The notes under the pieces: model-generated
Told to the model about the DNA's origin: nothing
What the model saw: the letters and a program-made list of their open reading frames with translations, nothing else
Database searches by the model: none
Assembly (NCBI GenBank): GCA_050733275.1
Contig: JBOHSP010000161.1
Span: 1 to 42,466 of the forward strand
DNA: 42,466 bases
Reading direction: 5' to 3'
Origin: Gemmatimonadales bacterium
GTDB lineage: Bacteria; Gemmatimonadota; Gemmatimonadetes; Gemmatimonadales; GWC2-71-9
Shown here: piece by piece, positions 40,062 through 42,466 of the stretch
Numbering within the stretch: the first letter of the stretch is position 1
Layout: every line of letters begins with the position of its first letter
Position numbers and translations under genes: made by a program

Positions 40062-42466
40062 TGGTGCGGCGCTCGCTGGGCGTCGCCCTCTGGTCGCTGG
40101 TCGGCCTGCTGGCGTGCTTCCTGGGCGCGCTCAACGCGCTGGTGGTGACCGACGCGGGGCGCTCGCTGCTGGCGCGCATCGCCGGGGCCGCCGTGCAGAG
40201 CGTCCTCGCCGGCACGGTGGACGTGGGGTCGGTGCGCGGCTCGCTGTTCACCGGCGTCGTGCTGACGGACGTGCGCTTGTTCGACGCCGATTCGACGCTG
40301 GTCGCCTGGCTGCCGTACGCCGAGCTCGGATACAACCCGATCGACTTCGCCGCCGGCCGCATCGTCCTGCGGGACGTGCGGCTCGACCGCCCGTTCATCA
40401 ACATCGTCCAGCACGCCAACGGCAAGACGAACTTCGCCGAGCTGCTGCGCCTCGATGTGAAGGACACCACGCGCGCGGCGGCGCGCGCGACGCCCGCGCC
40501 GCGGGGGCTGGTGATGCTGCACAACGTGCAGATCGTGGACGGCGCGCTCGTGCTCCGGCTCCAGGATCGCAGTCCCGGCGACGGCCCGCTCGTCGAGATC
40601 GAGGGGCCCGGCGCCGACGGTCGGCGGCGGGTGCGCCGCTTCCTCCATCTCGACGCCCGGCTCGCCACGGTGCGCCTCTCGGCGCCCCGCGAGCGCGGTC
40701 TGCGCTTCGACATCGAGCGGCTCGCCACCGAAAGCAGCGACCCCAACGTGACGCTCACGGACGCGCAGGGCCGCATCACGATCGTCGGCGACACGCTCGA
40801 AGTCGATCTCGACCGCGTGGGCCTGCCCGGTTCGCGCTTCAGCGCCCGGGGGCGCGTCAGCTGGCCCGACGGGCCGCTGCTCTTCGACCTCGCCCTGGAC
40901 GCCGACTCGGCGACCCTCACCGACGTGCACTTCGTCGATCCGCGTTTCCCCCCCGGCGCGGTGCTGCGCGGCGATGTGCAGCTGCGCTCGCACGGCCCGC
41001 GGCTCCTCGAAATCCGTCTCGAGCCGCTCGCCGTCACCTACGGCGGCGGGCGGCTGACCGGACGCGTGACCGCGCTGAGCGCCGCCGACTCCGGTCTCGT
41101 CGCCCTGCGGCGCGGCAACCTGCTGGCCCGCGACCTGTCGCTCGACTTCGTGCGCCCCTACCTCGACACCCTGCCCTTCAGCGGCTGGCTCACCGGACGC
41201 ACGGTTGTGGACGGGCGCATGGAGGCGCTGCGCCTGGAGACCGACTGGCTGTTCCGCGATTCGCTCGCGGGGAGCTCCGCCGGGCCGCCGGAGACGCGGA
41301 TCCGCGGCCGCGGCCAGGTCGACCTCGCCGGCGGCGACCTCGGCTTCGACCCGTTCGAGATCGAGGCCGCGACCGTCGATCTCCGCACCGTGCGGCGGCT
41401 CGTCCCGGCGTTCGTGATCGCCGGCGAGATGGATGCGGTGGGCACCCTGACGGGCACGCTGCGCCACGCCCGCTTCTCCGGCACGATGCGGCACCGCGTG
41501 GGCGAGAGTCCCGCGAGCGTGATCCGCGGGATCGTGGGGCTCGACTTCCGCAGCGACACGCTCGGGGTGTTCGCCGACGTGCGGGCGGACTCCCTGGCAC
41601 TCGCCACGCTGGGGACGGGCATCGCGGGGTTCCCGCTGCGCGGTCGCGTGGCCGGCCCGATCCGGCTGAGCGGGACGGCCGCCGCCCTCGAGACCCACGC
41701 GGAGCTCACCATGCTGGGATCGGGGGGCGACGGTGGCGGGGCCGTACGTGGCGACGGCGTGCTGAGGCTGGGAGCGGGCGATCCCGGCTACGGCGCGCGC
41801 GACTTCACGCTGCGCGCCTCCGACGTGGATCTCGAGCGCTGGCTCGTGGACGGGCCGCCCACGCGCCTGACGTTCACGGCCAGCGGCAGCGTCATCGGTG
41901 ACAGCCTGTCGCCGCCGAGCGGCCGGGTCGCGGTCCGGCTCGCGCCGTCGCTGTTCGCCGGCAGCGTGATCGACAGCGGGGCGGCGGCGCTGCGCTTCGC
42001 GGACAACCTCGTGCACGTCGATTCGATCCGCCTGCAGCAGCCCGGCCTCGTCACGCGCGCGGGCGGCTCGCTGGGATGGGAGCGCCCGGCGCGCGGCGCG
42101 CTGACGGTGGAGTTCGACGCCGACAGCCTCAGCGTGCTCGACTCGCTCGTGACCTGGCTCGCCGGGCCGGCGCTGGTCGGGAGCGACCCCGCGTTGGGCG
42201 AAGCGCTCAGCGGGCGGGCGCGGGTGCGCCTCACGCTCGACGGCGCGCTCGATTCGGTGGGCGTGGGCGCCGACGCCGAGGTGACCAACGTGCGGTGGCG
42301 CGGCTGGCAGATCACCGCGGGACGGGGACGCGCGACGTACGAGCCGGGTGCGGACCCCCGCTTCGACCTCGAAGCCCGCATGGACTCGCTCGGATACGGC
42401 GGGCTGGGGTTCGGCGCGGCGGCGGCGCGCGCCCGCGGCTCGCGCGACTCGCTGACGTGGCTCGCG
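40061..42466 (+). CDS. TamB/AsmA-like translocation and assembly module protein (3' end outside the window)
   Basis: ATG 40061 overlaps the upstream stop (TGATG). This frame is open to the window end (802 codons), which is why it is absent from the ORF track. N-terminal anchor 'LGVALWSLVGLLACFLGALNALVV', then beta-rich repeats. The C-terminal DUF490 region is not visible. Confidence 0.65.
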   Translation, partial: MVRRSLGVALWSLVGLLACFLGALNALVVTDAGRSLLARIAGAAVQSVLAGTVDVGSVRGSLFTGVVLTDVRLFDADSTLVAWLPYAELGYNPIDFAAGRIVLRDVRLDRPFINIVQHANGKTNFAELLRLDVKDTTRAAARATPAPRGLVMLHNVQIVDGALVLRLQDRSPGDGPLVEIEGPGADGRRRVRRFLHLDARLATVRLSAPRERGLRFDIERLATESSDPNVTLTDAQGRITIVGDTLEVDLDRVGLPGSRFSARGRVSWPDGPLLFDLALDADSATLTDVHFVDPRFPPGAVLRGDVQLRSHGPRLLEIRLEPLAVTYGGGRLTGRVTALSAADSGLVALRRGNLLARDLSLDFVRPYLDTLPFSGWLTGRTVVDGRMEALRLETDWLFRDSLAGSSAGPPETRIRGRGQVDLAGGDLGFDPFEIEAATVDLRTVRRLVPAFVIAGEMDAVGTLTGTLRHARFSGTMRHRVGESPASVIRGIVGLDFRSDTLGVFADVRADSLALATLGTGIAGFPLRGRVAGPIRLSGTAAALETHAELTMLGSGGDGGGAVRGDGVLRLGAGDPGYGARDFTLRASDVDLERWLVDGPPTRLTFTASGSVIGDSLSPPSGRVAVRLAPSLFAGSVIDSGAAALRFADNLVHVDSIRLQQPGLVTRAGGSLGWERPARGALTVEFDADSLSVLDSLVTWLAGPALVGSDPALGEALSGRARVRLTLDGALDSVGVGADAEVTNVRWRGWQITAGRGRATYEPGADPRFDLEARMDSLGYGGLGFGAAAARARGSRDSLTWLA

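Noticed and set aside
1-42466. tRNA, rRNA, tmRNA, RNase P or known riboswitch genes
   Set aside because: No cloverleaf-like or otherwise recognisable structured RNA was seen in any intergenic gap. All gaps longer than 60 nt are accounted for by the repeat elements or promoter regions described. A covariance-model scan was not possible.

Overview
This is a very GC-rich chromosomal segment (about 70% by eye, not computed) from a diderm bacterium. The protein sequences resemble Gemmatimonadota/Acidobacteriota-type soil bacteria, but that is inference only.

**Gene content.** I call 35 protein-coding genes in compact operons, all with core metabolic or envelope functions:
- ECF sigma, anti-sigma and a secreted protein
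- cytochrome bd oxidase cydAB
- DUF167 and YggT
- an NPP-type phosphodiesterase
- a Kgd-type 2-oxoglutarate dehydrogenase (E2-like domain fused to E1), translationally coupled to a PEBP protein
- a sulfatase coupled to a class-A beta-lactamase-fold hydrolase
- a VWA protein, a HAD hydrolase, a lipoprotein alpha/beta hydrolase and an MFS exporter
- an operon of ChlI-like AAA+ ATPase, SPFH and cytidylate-kinase-like genes
- a GH38-like Tat-exported protein
- glcDEF-ygfZ-epimerase
- an RpoD-family sigma factor
- a PduO-type adenosyltransferase coupled to aroB
- a TrxR-like ferredoxin-NADP reductase, PBP4 (dacB), and an orphan peptide-type ABC binding protein plus one permease
- an Omp85 (TamA/BamA) gene with a TamB-like gene that runs off the 3' end

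I found no rRNA, tRNA, CRISPR array, transposase, integrase or recognisable defence or toxin module. I cannot point to a clear new protein-based system.

**Most unusual signals.**
1. A family of hairpin elements has arms made of tandem 7-9-nt units. Four fill intergenic gaps (1403-1503, 17099-17174, 28313-28392, 29810-29912). The one at 28313-28392 is translated as the C-terminal tail of GlcD. GC-rich versions appear to sit in frame inside kgd and glcF.
2. Slippage-prone repeats lie inside essential genes: a heptamer x3 in cydB, an 8-mer x4 in glcF, a 9-mer x8 G-quadruplex-capable tract in aroB, and a C10 run in aroB.
3. The transcript architecture is regular. Operon-first genes carry a TANNNT-like hexamer 5-9 nt before the start codon (leaderless-type). 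Internal genes are joined by GTGA/ATGA overlaps.
4. The conserved ChlI-like ATPase / VWA pair is split by about 5 kb, and the ATPase is instead coupled to SPFH and cytidylate-kinase-like genes.

All functional calls come from motifs read in the ORF translations. No database search was possible.
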